Assembly: GCF_037042905.1 (NCBI RefSeq)
Contig: NC_087252.1
Location: 27,158,001 to 27,222,000 of the forward strand
Source of the DNA: Lytechinus pictus
Lineage: Eukaryota
Direction of reading: 5' to 3'
Length of the DNA: 64,000 bases
The notes beneath the pieces are model-generated. The model was not told the DNA's origin, made no database searches, and saw nothing but the letters and a program-made list of their open reading frames with translations. Position numbers and translations under genes: made by a program. Shown here one piece after another: positions 25,432-37,963 of this stretch. Numbering within the stretch: position 1 is the stretch's first letter; every line of letters starts with the position of its first letter.

Positions 25432-25680
25432 CACTAGCGTACCTACGGGGGGGGGGGGGCAGAGGGGGCACTCTGCCCCCCCTGACGAGCCACAACCCAT
25501 ACAAAAGACACATACCTGCCCCCCCTGACGAGCTTAAAAGACCTTTTTTGCCCCCCTGACGAACTTGAAGACCTTTAATGCCCTCCTGAAGAGCCTGAAG
25601 ACCTTTTTTTTTTTTTTTTTTTGCTTGTCAAATAATTTTCTGGTACGAGAACCTAAATTTTTGTATTGAAGACCTAGACT
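25432..25680. mobile_element. truncated poly-G MITE with ~30-bp internal repeats
   Basis: CACTAGCGTACCTACGGGGG start; GCCCCCCTGACGA..AAGACCTT units; body similar to 46111-46400. Confidence 0.65.
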
Positions 25681-25690
25681 CATAATGATA

Positions 25691-26232
25691 CAGTGCATCC
25701 CACAAAAAAAGAAATAGAGATACAGAAACAGGGATAGATCTCACAATTATTAACTATTACCATGAATTTGATACTTATGGTAAGAATGGACTCTCATCTT
25801 TAATCTTAGACCAACAGCTTACCAAATCATTCACGCATGGCAGACAACAAACAATAAATATGAAGGTCTATCAGGAAAAATTTGCGCAGAAACTCAATCT
25901 GATTCCGCTCTCATTTAAATAGGGTTCAGTGAGAGAAACTTTACAAAGAATACAGACACGATAGAAGAAATGCTAATGAGCCAATCGTCGAATAAGCACG
26001 GTTGTCGTATCATGAACCAATCTTGTTCAATTTTCTGCGCAACATGATTTTTACATTAAAATTTCAAACCCATCTTGCTCGTTAATGCGTGAAGTGTTCG
26101 TCACATATTGAGGTAGCAAATGTAAAGGAATAATTGAATTGTGTGATAATGTGTTCTGGAATACCATAATTAATTTTCCTTTGACGAAAAAGGATGTAGG
26201 AATCCAGTTTTAATTTCCCCTGGAACGCATTG
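25691..26232. mobile_element. TA-flanked Tc1/mariner-like MITE
   Basis: TA|CAGTGCATCCCA ... TGGAACGCATTG|TA; a matching end TGTGGGACGCACTGTA also occurs at ~11695-11708. Confidence 0.6.
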
Positions 26233-28871
26233 TATAATTATCTGAAGCTATAAGACGAGAGTTTGTTAGCAATAAAGCAGAGACTGCTCGAGAAAAAAAA
26301 AGAAAAAAGTTCACCTTACTTTTTGTTGGAAGAAGATCAGAGGCAAATATACAGATGAGATGCCGGTTTGGCTTAAAAGTTAAGCGTTTTGTTCGGATTT
26401 AGTACAGTTCTAATTCAGGTGAAAAACGAGGTAAATCATTATGCATTATTAAGCACGTATCCTTCTTAGCTTTTTGTTTGCCTCGTCTGTAATGAAAGGG
26501 AAACCAACAAGATTCACTCTCCAAAATTTCATCACCAAATATATCAATTTCAGGATTATCTAAAATCGTTTTACGTCATAATAAATAAGGAGATTCACTT
26601 TCCTAATTTTCAGCACCAAATATGTATTTCAGGATTATGTAAAATCGTTTTACGTCATAATATAAAACTCCTCAACCAAGATTTTACTGTCATCTCGGCT
26701 TGATCTCTGCCTCTATTTTGGAAAACCTCAGTTAATGGCTTTTCCAGTCATTTGACAGCGACCATAGTAGATGTCACGCCTAAACGTGTTAGCAACATTA
26801 TGCCAACGTATGTAGGCTTATGGACAGCCGTTTCCGTAATCACATTTCTTATCATCAAGATTTGAAGTTTGTCAACAACACATATGACTTCGTCAAATAT
26901 ATTAGAGTTTGAATTTTTATGTTTTGTGTTGCTAACAAAATGTTATTCTTGATTTTACGACTTGAATTCTAGATAACAGGGTATTGGATTAAAAGAGAAA
27001 ATGAACGGTCACACATCTTGTACTATGACATACACTTGCTTACACGGTCAGGTGTGACCTTCCTCCTAATTCTGTTTGCAACTTATTGCATAAAATGGAT
27101 TGATAGTCTCACATAAAGATTTAAATAAAATCAAAGCCGACTAACATCGCTAGGAGAACAGTTTTCGGAACTGAAGTGGCTACCAAAGGGTAAATATATC
27201 GTTATTATTATTATTATCATCATCATCATCATCATTATTATTGTTATTATCATCATTATCGAAACCATTTATTATTTGTATGATCAGATTTCTTTCAGAA
27301 AAAAATAAAACAACATCTTGATCAAGTTCAATATTTTCAAATTGAAATATCTTATTATGTAGTAAGCTTTACACTACCCAAGACTTTTAAAGGTAGGCTA
27401 CCCAAATATTAAATAAGAAGCTACTGAATTTATTAAAAAATGGATAGTAATGAACAATTTTATAATCAGCTAAGAAAAATCAACTAAAGGTTTAATAAGA
27501 ATAGGTTAAAAATATACTGTTATTTTTATCAAAGTTAAACAAATGAGTAAATATATGGGTTAATGTTTAAAAGGGAATCAAATGATAATAAAAAAATAAA
27601 TGAATTTGATTCCTTCATGGTTGTTCATCAAATACATCGTTGTGGTTGTAATTGAATTATTTCGATTGATGATTTGCATTTACTTCGGAGAAAAGCAGTG
27701 TGCAAATCTACAAACTGGAGAAACTGCAAGTGATTTTGATACGTGCAGAAAAAGTGAAGCACTGCCTGCCGAGGACATCGCGTTTTTTCCATATTGTCAC
27801 TACAACAAAAATAATATATATAATTTATTTTGAATCTCATATAGGATATTCATGTCTTTATGTAGCGTCAATCATATTTGACAATATTGTGTCGTCTATG
27901 TTCGTTATGTCATTCTCCTCTTCTTCACCACTTTCTGTTTTTCATTCTACCTCACTCTAATTTATCTTTCTATTTGGAGGTCATTCACCCTCTCTCCCTC
28001 TCTTTCTTTCCATTACTCTTATTTTTATTCTCTCTCTCTCTTCCCCTTTGCGTCTTTCCCTATTCCTCAATCTTCTATTTATGAGACACACCTTTAAATT
28101 GGATCTAAGTTTTGATATACTAATACTGTAATTTCGTTTTTGTTTATTTGCTTTAATTGTACTTCATGAATTTTTGTAAATTGACCCTTTCAATATGTGC
28201 TGCTGGTCAATTTTTATGTGGATATATACCAATAAATAAATAAATATATAAAACAAATATACAATAATGATTACAAAGAGAAATACACTTAAACGGGTCT
28301 GAATCAATATGGAATGAGAGACTACTTATCCTGCCATTGATGGATGACTGAAGTGGAAACGGAAAAGGGTTATGGTATTAGTCTAAATGATTTTATGACA
28401 AAGGAAGCAATATCTTACACATGCTACATTGATTTTGTTTAAAGAGTAAGGTATTAAGCCCACACAGTTGAATTATCTGAATCATAATCTCCAGGAAAAA
28501 AATCAAAGAACCAAAGGAAAACTCTCTGCCATTTCACAAATCATGTTGCATTTGACTAACAAGTTATTGTTTCAAATTAACCCATTTTTTTCACAAAGAA
28601 AATGCATGAATGAACGAATTACACATGCTCGGATGGCATGTACATGCATATTTGTCGTGTAGGTCTTACACGCGAATTCATGGCAAATGATGGCGGAAAA
28701 CTGGTGCCAAAAATCTCTCAGACTCACCCCCAAACCTTTAATGAGAATGAAAAAATGAATAAAAAAAGGCAGAAACGGTATACTCTCCGACATTTTCTTT
28801 AAAGCTTGCATAGTTTTAGAAAATCAATGTACATAGAAGCAGTAAGAGGTTCATGTAGTTTGAGCTATCGC

Positions 28872-29094
28872 CGCTCTCAGTAAAACAAATCAGTCAAATT
28901 GACTAGACCAGTAGTCAGCTGGGTGCAACTGACATGACAATCACTGATAATCACATTTCTGACAGATATTCTAGTCTGAAATAACTCCGTTCTAGTAAAA
29001 TGCGACTCGAAAATAGTCAAATATGACCAGAATAACAGTTGCACACAGCTGACCATATTCACTAGTAATTTTTGACTGATTTGTTTTTAGAGTG
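28872..29094. mobile_element. palindromic MITE
   Basis: TAAAACAAATCAGTCAAATTGACTAG / CTAGTAATTTTTGACTGATTTGTTTTTAGAGTG inverted arms. Confidence 0.75.
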
Positions 29095-29392
29095 TATTAC
29101 GAATTGTCTTGAACCCATTGGTATAGGGATGAGTTCAAAATCATTAAAAATCAATGCCATTTCCATCCGAACTCAGAAAGGTTTCAGGAAAAGGGTATTC
29201 AAAAGAGGATTACATATTTTAGAAAGATTATACTCGTATGCAATGGTCGGCTTCAGTCAGATATGCATTTTTAATGCAATGCGCCGGTCAATTCACCTTT
29301 GGGCGATTCCATACGTATCGTAAAGGACATTTTGACAACAATTTACGGTCTCTTAGCTAAATACTAGAGCAATAAAACTTTCTTTTTGTCAG

Positions 29393-29603
29393 TATTAAAG
29401 TTAAAACGGTAGTGATGTGAAAAACTGATAACCAACAAAAAACATGATAAACATGATACAGTTGAAAATGTTGTGTGTCGTACGGGACTCAGAAATGTCC
29501 CGTACGACACGCAACATTTTCACCCAGGGCTAATTCATCAATGGAAAACATATTTGTGTTGGTTGTCAATTTTTTACATGACTACCCAGTAGTACTTTAA
29601 TAT
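29393..29603. mobile_element. fold-back MITE
   Basis: central GAAAATGTTGTGTGTCGTACGGGAC / GTCCCGTACGACACGCAACATTTTC hairpin with degenerate outer arms. Confidence 0.75.
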
Positions 29604-29961
29604 TACCACAAAACAAATTTAAGTTCCATTTTTGTTTGGGCAGCAGGTTGAAAGGTTTGGAGAAAATGGTTGATTTTTCTAGCATGGAATCGCCCCTTTA
29701 TACCCTAAAGCTTTTTAACTTATCCTTCCTTTAAGTCTCCTAATGCCTTTATTGTATTTTTGTATCCACCCTTAATACTGTATCATCAGGCTTATTTATC
29801 TATTCTTGACTCACTGCACATGGGTGTACACAACATTACCTTTATTTATTTTCTAGTTAGTTGCTGATGAGACTACTGGCTGAACAGTCTGTTCAACCAT
29901 GTTGTTTCAACTTAAATTTTCTACATCAGCTCCTGTACAACCGACCAGGGCGACTATCAGA

Positions 29962-30305
29962 GGTTTATTTCTGCCAACTCGTCTACTATCATTTGGTCTA
30001 CCATCAGTTCGTCCACTATCTACAATGGTCTAATCGCCAATTCATCCACTCACCATTTCGCCTAATAACCATTTGGCCCAATAGCCATTTAGTCCATATA
30101 CAATGTGGTCTAATTAGATTAAGTAATAATTGTGCAAAATGAATTAAAATGAAATGGTCATAGACAAAATGGTGATTAGACGAAGTGATGATTGGACCAA
30201 ATGGTTGTAAGACGAAATGTTGATGGACGGAATGGCATTAGACCAAATGAAAGTAGACCGTGTGGTGAGTGGACGAGTTGGCAGTAGACAAATTGGCAAT
30301 TTACC
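29962..30305. mobile_element. MITE built of short internal repeats (GTCTA/TAGAC); inverted copy at 47864-48225
   Basis: 30170-30305 is the close reverse complement of 47864-48000. Confidence 0.85.
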
Positions 30306-30801
30306 CTAAATGCAATGGCTGTCTTCATCAAACATTGCTTAGAATATATCGCTATGTCCTATCTTGCATCTCTTTCTCCAATGAAGTCACACGATTAAAT
30401 GGGAATAATTCAAATGATTCGACATACTTCGACACACACGTACGCACAAGCAGGAACCACCGAGCGACTCAAGCAGGTATTTAATAAAACTGTTTACTTT
30501 ACAGTTACCTTCATTAAAAATTACTTAACGTTCATTAGTTTGAATGATTTATTCGATATTTCCTTTTTTTTTCTTTTTGAATGATCAGTATATTTATGAT
30601 CACGAGGATCGCCATTCCGTTAATTTCTTACTTTGCAGTAGTTTCGTTGAAAGGGTCTTTTTTCCGGAAGCTATGTATTTCTGAGCCTGTGTGTGTGAGG
30701 GTGTGTATGTGTGGGGGTGTATGGGTCTATCTCCATCTCAATTTCTAACTCTCAATCACACCTTCCACTCCGAAAATCAGCTTTAGATTTGACCTCTTTG
30801 A

Positions 30802-31118
30802 TAGAGAGTTTTCGCGTTCACTACGCGGCCGCTCTCTATAACGCACCAATTCCTTTGAAAATGTAAGTCAAATCACAATGGATAGCTGAGAGGCTTTTGT
30901 CCAAAGTTGGTGGACTGAGACAGCAGCGTCGTCTCTCGACCCTGGACAACGACATATTTGCAATTGTTCGTCCGGTGCAATTCTTCGCATGATCTGCTGT
31001 CCCGGTCCATTAACTTTCGACAAGAGCCTCTCAGCTCTGCGTTGTGATTTGACTTGCATTTTCAAAGGAATTGGTGCGTTGTAGGGAGCGGCTACGTCGT
31101 GATTGTGAGCGCTCTCTA
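30802..31118. mobile_element. MITE with ~100-bp TIRs
   Basis: AACGCACCAATTCCTTTGAAAATGTAAGTCAAATCACAA versus TTGTGATTTGACTTGCATTTTCAAAGGAATTGGTGCGTT. Confidence 0.85.
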
Positions 31119-31120
31119 AC

Positions 31121-31255
31121 CAGGGGCCCGTAACACAAAGCTTAACAATGATCGTAGAACATTTTTCCACGATCGATTCCATTGACTACAATGTACAATC
31201 AATCGTGAAAACCAAGCGTACGATTAATCGCTAACCTTTGTGTTACGGGACACTG
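31121..31255. mobile_element. short MITE abutting the previous element
   Basis: CAGGGGCCCGTAACACAAAG / CTTTGTGTTACGGGACACTG termini. Confidence 0.8.
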
Positions 31256-33061
31256 ATTACCGCAGAAACATATTTTCTGCGCTTGCGCACAAGAATAACT
31301 TCTTTTCTCGCGCATGCGCATACTAGTAACATTGGCCATTCAATATGCTTGTCACAGAATATACGTCGTAAATCTAAAAGCCTTTTCGTTACTTCAGTAC
31401 AACTCTCCTTCCTTCACTTTATGTAAACTATATCCTTTAACAACTCTCCTCGCCTTTCTTAGTCCCACCCTACAGTTTTCTTGTCTACTTGTTCATTCCT
31501 CTTTCAAACTCTTCTCAAACTTTCACCGACCCAATAAACATTATATACATCACCGACGTTGGGCTTCACGAGATAAAACATTTTAGTAAACGGCATCACC
31601 AGAGAAGTGATAATTTTATTACTTTTTATTCTAAAACACATGACACGTAAAATACTTGACATTCAGTCTCCATTACAATCATTTGAATACAGATGGAGTT
31701 CTTGCAGATTAAGTGCACCGTTGATACTTAAGTTTTTTGTTAAAAACTTCTTTAAAACTTAAATGTCTACATGAAGTTTATTTTTTTCGTGAACTATTAT
31801 ATGACTTGTACGAGTTGACAACTTTTCTCAAATTTAAACAAGCAGAAAAAACAACAACAAAATAAACACAGATAACAAACACACAACACCCAGTAACGGG
31901 CGTCAACACATAATTACAAGAACGGTAAGCATGTATATACAAAAAATATGTATTAAAGAAAATTTAATACGATCAGCTTTTCAGGTACAATAGATATCCA
32001 CGAATTATAAATAGAAAATGTAATTAAGTCATAAACCTGCTAAAACAGACATAAATGGTTGTTTAGATTTCTTCCTTTTTACAGAGGATCAGTTTAGATT
32101 ATTTTCAATTTCACTTTTTATGTTAAGGTCATTACCCGAATAGATTTAGTATATATATATATATACAAATGATGTCAGTTGACTAATCATACACAGTGAT
32201 TGTTTGACCAGGAATGGAGAGTGATTTTAGCTGATGTCTCACCATTTAAATTTGACGATATGAATCAGCAGAAAACGAGTATAGTCTTATTGCATACACC
32301 CAAAATAACAATTTATCAACCTATCTCTTTATATCAAAATCACATAGATAATGATCAGGAATAGAATTGTCATTGATTGTCTCATGATATATGTATAAGA
32401 CTGAATAGCCATCTTAATTAATTTAATTTATTCACACTATATTTTCTATTTTAATATCAAAGGGCCTATGTAGCGAGACACCAGATACCTGCTGAGTAAC
32501 TGTTCTCACCCGGAAAACCACTTTTTTTTATTAATTTTTTTTACTCAATATTACATTTTTTTCTATTTTCTTTCTAATTACACAACAATGAATAATAACA
32601 GTTTGTCACTCTTGATATTTAATGATGACATAGAAAATTGTCGCATAGATATTCTTTTGCATTTCAAGTCTTAACATGATTATTCGTAAGAAAATTCAAT
32701 AAACCTTTCCTTGTCGTAACAAGATACAAAACAGTTGTCATGAAGCGGACCTACTTTTCTGATCGCAGTTTCAACTGATATGCATGGATAATATTACTCA
32801 CTACCTTGATTGATCAAAGGAAACAGTTGACAGAGATTCTTATTCACTTTGCATGGGTAAAATATACATGATACTCAGATTTCTTTCGATGCTATACCAA
32901 CATCATAAAATTCATTCTTCAAAGGGCAAAAGTTTGTTTTCTTGTGTCTCGGGTTGAGTGTTGTCTTAATTACCGAACCATGAACGGAACCTTATTATGA
33001 GGGATGTAAGTAGTGTGAAACATGTATTTCGGAAATGGTTACCTAGTCATCCATCCATACA

Positions 33062-33599
33062 ACTATTCATCCGCAGGATCGTGAATTCACGAAATCCTTT
33101 CATTTTGAAACGTTTGTTCTGTTCACTTTGTCGACCTATAATTGAATACGGTATACCAGTCTGGCTACCCCATCAAAAAAACCACATATCCTCTCTTGAA
33201 GCAGTTCAACGTCGATTCACACGTTTCTGCTTTCCTTATGATCGGGCAAATTCACTATCTTATGATGAAAGATTACACAGCTTAGAACTCCCACCATTGT
33301 ATAACAGACTGGTCTACCTATCTACCGCCTTTGTTGTAAAATCGTTGTTTAGAACTTACGACATACCTACTCATATCTTACCCAGGCCAAGAACTCGGAA
33401 CTCTCACAAGTTACTCTTCATCCATGAATTCGCACGATGTAATGCCCTGAAATTTTCTTGTTTCTTTTCTTTCCCCAGATTCTGGGAAGCTATCCCTTCA
33501 GAGATCAGAGATCTTTGCCTTGGTGTATCTGTGACTCCTTTCCTTAATGCTCTACGTGAACACTTATTCTCCATGCCTCCAATTGAAAATGCGTTTTAA
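33062..33599 (+). mobile_element. 5'-truncated LINE (CR1/L2-like) ORF2 C-terminal fragment
   Basis: LFCSLCRPIIEYGIPVWLPH...LEAVQRRFTRF...LSYDERLHSLEL resembles the conserved post-RT region of CR1-group LINEs; no RT catalytic core present. Confidence 0.85.
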
Positions 33600-35660
33600 T
33601 GAGACATGCAGAGTATTGTTTTCGTCTCGTCTCCTTTTAGACCTCTAATTTCTCTCTCTTTCCCCTTCTTCATTCGTCTTACTTTTCTCTGTTTTCTCAC
33701 TCTGTGCAGGCTAAATGGCCATGTATTTAGCCTTATATTCTTAGCTTAAATATTGTGCCCTTTTTTATGCATTTTGTTAATTACCGTACTGTTATGCAGT
33801 TATTTGCTCTTGTACTGTTCATAATGTTTATTCCTGTATGTTAGGTTATCAACTGTATTCATGGTAGTAGAATTTGCATTTTTGTATGTCATGCTTCGTC
33901 TCTTTTATTGCCTCTCTCTCTTTCTTTTCATTCTACCCCAGTTCTCTAAACTCTTTGTTCCCCATCCTCCTTCCCCTCCTCTTCTTTCTCTTCCTCTTCT
34001 TCTTTTCGTTCTTCTTCTCTCTCCCTCCCCACTTTTATCTCTTTCTCTCTCTCTGAGTATTGTATACATGCATATGACAATTATTTTGATACTATATTTT
34101 ACTGTTGTGTTACTTTGTAGCATGATCATTGTTGTCACGTTCGACTATATTGCTTATTCTCTGCTTATGTAACATTGAAGTTCTCACAATATATGCAACT
34201 CCATCTCCATAGGCTTGACTATCTGATAATAACATAAAGTTGTTTATTTAAATACGTTAACACTTCATATTGACTGGATATTATAATTGCACATGGAAAC
34301 AAACACTCTTTATTATTAAGTTCTTTGTTTTATTAAGTAATGCATCTAAACATATATTGCCATTTTATCTGATTTTATTTTGTATATTTGTAAACCCTGA
34401 CTAGTGAGGAGAGCTTCATAACAGAAACTAGTTTTTCTTTTAGTCATCCTCAGGCACTAGTCGGTGGTAATTTATTCCTCTTGTATATATTCTTATTGTC
34501 TTTTGCCTGGAAATAAAATAAATAAAAATAAATAAACTATTGTTGAAACAGTTGATGTATCTGAAAAGAAAAGGCGATAAATCATACCCCTGAGGGACCA
34601 CGCGGTTGCATGGCTCAGATGTGAATCTGGCGGAGAACCTGTTGGATGACACTTTAGCCTTTCATGCCTTTAGAGCCTACATTCATGTAGACCAATCAAT
34701 CACCAGTCATTCTCTTTTTTCTCTAATCTCCCGTACAGTGAAAGATCAAACCCTTCAACTGAGATGACCTTTGAGTCATCTCCCATCGAAGAAAGCGCGT
34801 ATATTGTGTGGACACATTATAAAACACTCCATAAATTGATTAATTATTTATGAAATGAACTTTCCTCCCCTTTTCTCAAATTAAACGAAATAACAAAAAG
34901 TAGTATCATGAATATACGCGCATTGTCAGAGTTTGTCTAACAAATACATCGTTATTAACCCGATTAGATTACGTGACTAAACCCTTCTTTGCATAGGTGG
35001 AATATATAACTTAACAAAAACATTTTATTAACTAATCGGTTGAGAATTTGTGTGAAAACACAAGTTAGGACCTCATCAATCTGTTTGCTTCTTACACATC
35101 TTTACGCATGTAATGACAAACTAAACAAAACAAAATTCTCGCATGTCATATAGTAAGTTCTTTTCTCATAAGATTTTATCTTTGCATCGCAATGCGTTCA
35201 CACTAAACATGCTAAATGCAAAGAGATACGTACATGGTATAGTATATGACATAATACTCCGTCTATGTAGTAATTTATATATTGAATGGAATGTCGAATT
35301 CATCGTTCTGATTACAGGCCTAATAACACTGCAATCAATCAGTCATGGCCGACACATCGATATCCGGTCTCATAATTTGTTCTGAAGATAATCTATGAAT
35401 ATTGATCATATTTTTAGCGGGTTGATTGCCGTCTTATTACTGCGCTCGGAAAATATGATAGAATAATATTTTTAATGTTGTTTTAATACAATAATATGGA
35501 CATTTTACAGTGAAATTATGCTTTAAGAGATTTCGAGGTATCTAATGTGCCATATCGACTTATGATTATTTACTTAGAAAACCGACATGGCCATATAAAT
35601 ATATCCTCCAAAGTTGAACACTAAAGGGCAAAACATGTAATGATGGAGTATCAGGTTGTG

Positions 35661-35908
35661 CACTGCAAAAACTGCGGTGTTAATTTAACACTATTCTGGA
35701 ATCTATGTATGACCACACCAGAGAAGTGTTAAAACAACACCAGTTTGGTTTTGGACTAATTCCAGATACGCGTTTATCATGTTTATGCAACACCAATTAG
35801 TGTTAAGCATCGATTTAATATCAATCCGGTGTTGTTTCAACACTTCTCTGGTGTGGTCATTTCTAGATTCCGGACTGGTGTTAAATTAACACCGCAGCTT
35901 TTACAACG
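35661..35908. mobile_element. palindromic MITE (family also at 37574-37963)
   Basis: CACTGCAAAAACTGCGGTGTTAATTTAACAC / GTGTTAAATTAACACCGCAG; internal AACACC repeats. Confidence 0.8.
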
Positions 35909-36079
35909 TATAGGCCTATCTTCAGGTCACCATGCCAACATGTGAGCGAGCTTTGGGTGCCAACCCGGTGAGCTAAAATATAATTGCACGACCATGTCGA
36001 CTCACAAAGCTAAGAAGTCGTCATGATTTGAGACGATAATCATCATGTCGTCAAGCACAATAGTATAACCATTCTTCTT

Positions 36080-36498
36080 TAATGCGACCGCACACCTTAC
36101 GACTGGTCGGCGACTCGATTTCAGAATAAGATGTAGTAGAATTTGATGCTAATATTGAGACTTGGAATATCTTACTGTGTAATGTTCTAAATCATCGTAC
36201 GAATACCTATGATCAAATCTGTGACTATGCTATCATCCTCCTTAGAATAAAAGCGAATTTAATATCTAGTCGTAATGACGTCATAACAGTCGTACGGTTG
36301 GCTACGATTTGAAACTAATCTGGCCTTTACTCAAAAATAAAAGCTTGCAATCTTTCGAAATGGTTATATTAGTATTCTTTCAATTAATTTTAACCTCAAA
36401 TAAAATGATATTTTCCATTCACATTTTCAGAAAATAAGCAAAATGCGATTTGTTCCAAAATCGGATCGCGAACAGTCGTTAGGTGTGCGGTGGCCTTT
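36080..36498. mobile_element. TIR MITE
   Basis: ACCGCACACCTTACGACTG / CAGTCGTTAGGTGTGCGGT termini. Confidence 0.75.
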
Positions 36499-36762
36499 AT
36501 ATGCCAAACAAATCATGACTATGTTAGCGTTTAATGGAATATGATTGCTAAGTAATTTGTGATGGCAAAGTACCAAAAAGACTTTCCCAAATAATCATAG
36601 ACCCATTCAGAAATAGAAATGTTAATGATTCACGGAATTAATCACACCCTTTGTTTGGTGAAATATCCGCCTTACACAATCCATGGAATATCTTAAGTAG
36701 CAAAGCAAGAAGCTGCAAAAACGATGATCGAAAATCAAAGACGAGGAAATGAAGGACTTTAC

Positions 36763-36797
36763 TCAGACAGGACGAAGCATGCCATGGCGTCTGGTAC
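36763..36797 (-). CDS. candidate terminal coding exon of precursor B: (G)TRRHGMLRPV-stop
   Basis: acceptor TTTCTTTTATTTACCTCCGAATACAG|, open in phase 1, followed by UTR-like sequence; one of several possible acceptors. Confidence 0.3.
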
Positions 36798-37016
36798 CTG
36801 TATTCGGAGGTAAATAAAAGAAACCAGTATTAGATAAATGGTAATACAATAGTATGTGTGTGTGAGAGGGTGTGTGAGAGGGTGTATATATATATATATA
36901 TATATATATACTTGGAAGATACTTGGAAGCTACGTCTAGCGTTAATGCTTGATTTATTTACGCCTATACGTAGAACATGACGCGCTGCAATACACGTTGT
37001 GCAAAGGGCCCTTTTC

Positions 37017-37020
<4 letters not shown>

Positions 37021-37092
<72 letters not shown>
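37021..37092. repeat. (AT)n microsatellite
   Basis: direct reading. Confidence 0.98.
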
Positions 37093-37094
<2 letters not shown>

Positions 37095-37573
37095 TTCTAA
37101 ATTTATATATATGAATGTATTTTTAAAGATATTTCTTTACATTTCTTTCGTTATGGAGTTCTTATTTCATCTTGACTTTTTTTCTATTCTATTCTATTTG
37201 ACTGACTCTGAGCAGAACAATATCAACTTTGTCTATATATATCCATATATATAAATATATATATTCATTTATATATATGTATGTATGTGTGTGTTTTTTA
37301 CACACACTTGAATGCATACGCTAACGTGATACATCCTATTCTAATAACAAATACATTAACACTTAAGCCATGCGAAACAGATTCTCAGATTATTGAAAAT
37401 CAACCTCTGACATTTTAGGAAAATCCTTTAAAATTACAAAATAACAAATGATAACAACATTTACTATACTAAAATTTGCATATGAATTTTAAAGAATACT
37501 TAATATACACTCTGTGCGAGGATTGCTTATTACGATAACTACTACTAGTGTGATCATACAAATAAGATAATAA

Positions 37574-37963
37574 CACTGCAAAAAAAGGTGTTAATTCAAC
37601 ACCAGCCCGTAATCAGGTAATCTATTTATGTCCACACCAGAAAAATGTTGACCAACACCAGTCTGGATTTGGTCTAACACCGGATAGGTGTTTATACAGC
37701 ACCAATTAGTATTAAAACAGCATCGGTTTGATTCCAAACTGGTGTTCAATTCTAGTAAACATTTATTTTCTTCCGATTGACAATTAGGATACATCCAATT
37801 TCATATAAAACAAACCTTTCAATAATATAGAAATATAACCAAGAATGTAAATACAATATGTAACTTATGTAAATGGAAGATGGTGTTGTTTCAATACTTG
37901 GTCTTGTGTGGACATATATAGATTCCGAACTGTTGTTAAATCAACACCGGAGTTTTGACAGTG
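37574..37963. mobile_element. MITE of the 35661 family with an AT-rich internal insertion
   Basis: shared CACACCAGA..GTT..CAACACCAGT.TGG.TTTGG..TAA and CACCAATTAGT motifs; CACTG...CAGTG ends. Confidence 0.7.

Noticed and set aside
29874..29915. CTGATGA-GACT...AGTC hammerhead-like start (similar case at ~1263)
   Set aside because: No GAAA follows stem II.
30868..31182. 104-aa ORF
   Set aside because: Spans two adjacent MITEs; no protein features.
32997..33599. Host gene or active retrotransposon
   Set aside because: Only the C-terminal tail of a LINE ORF2, lacking the endonuclease and RT catalytic motifs.
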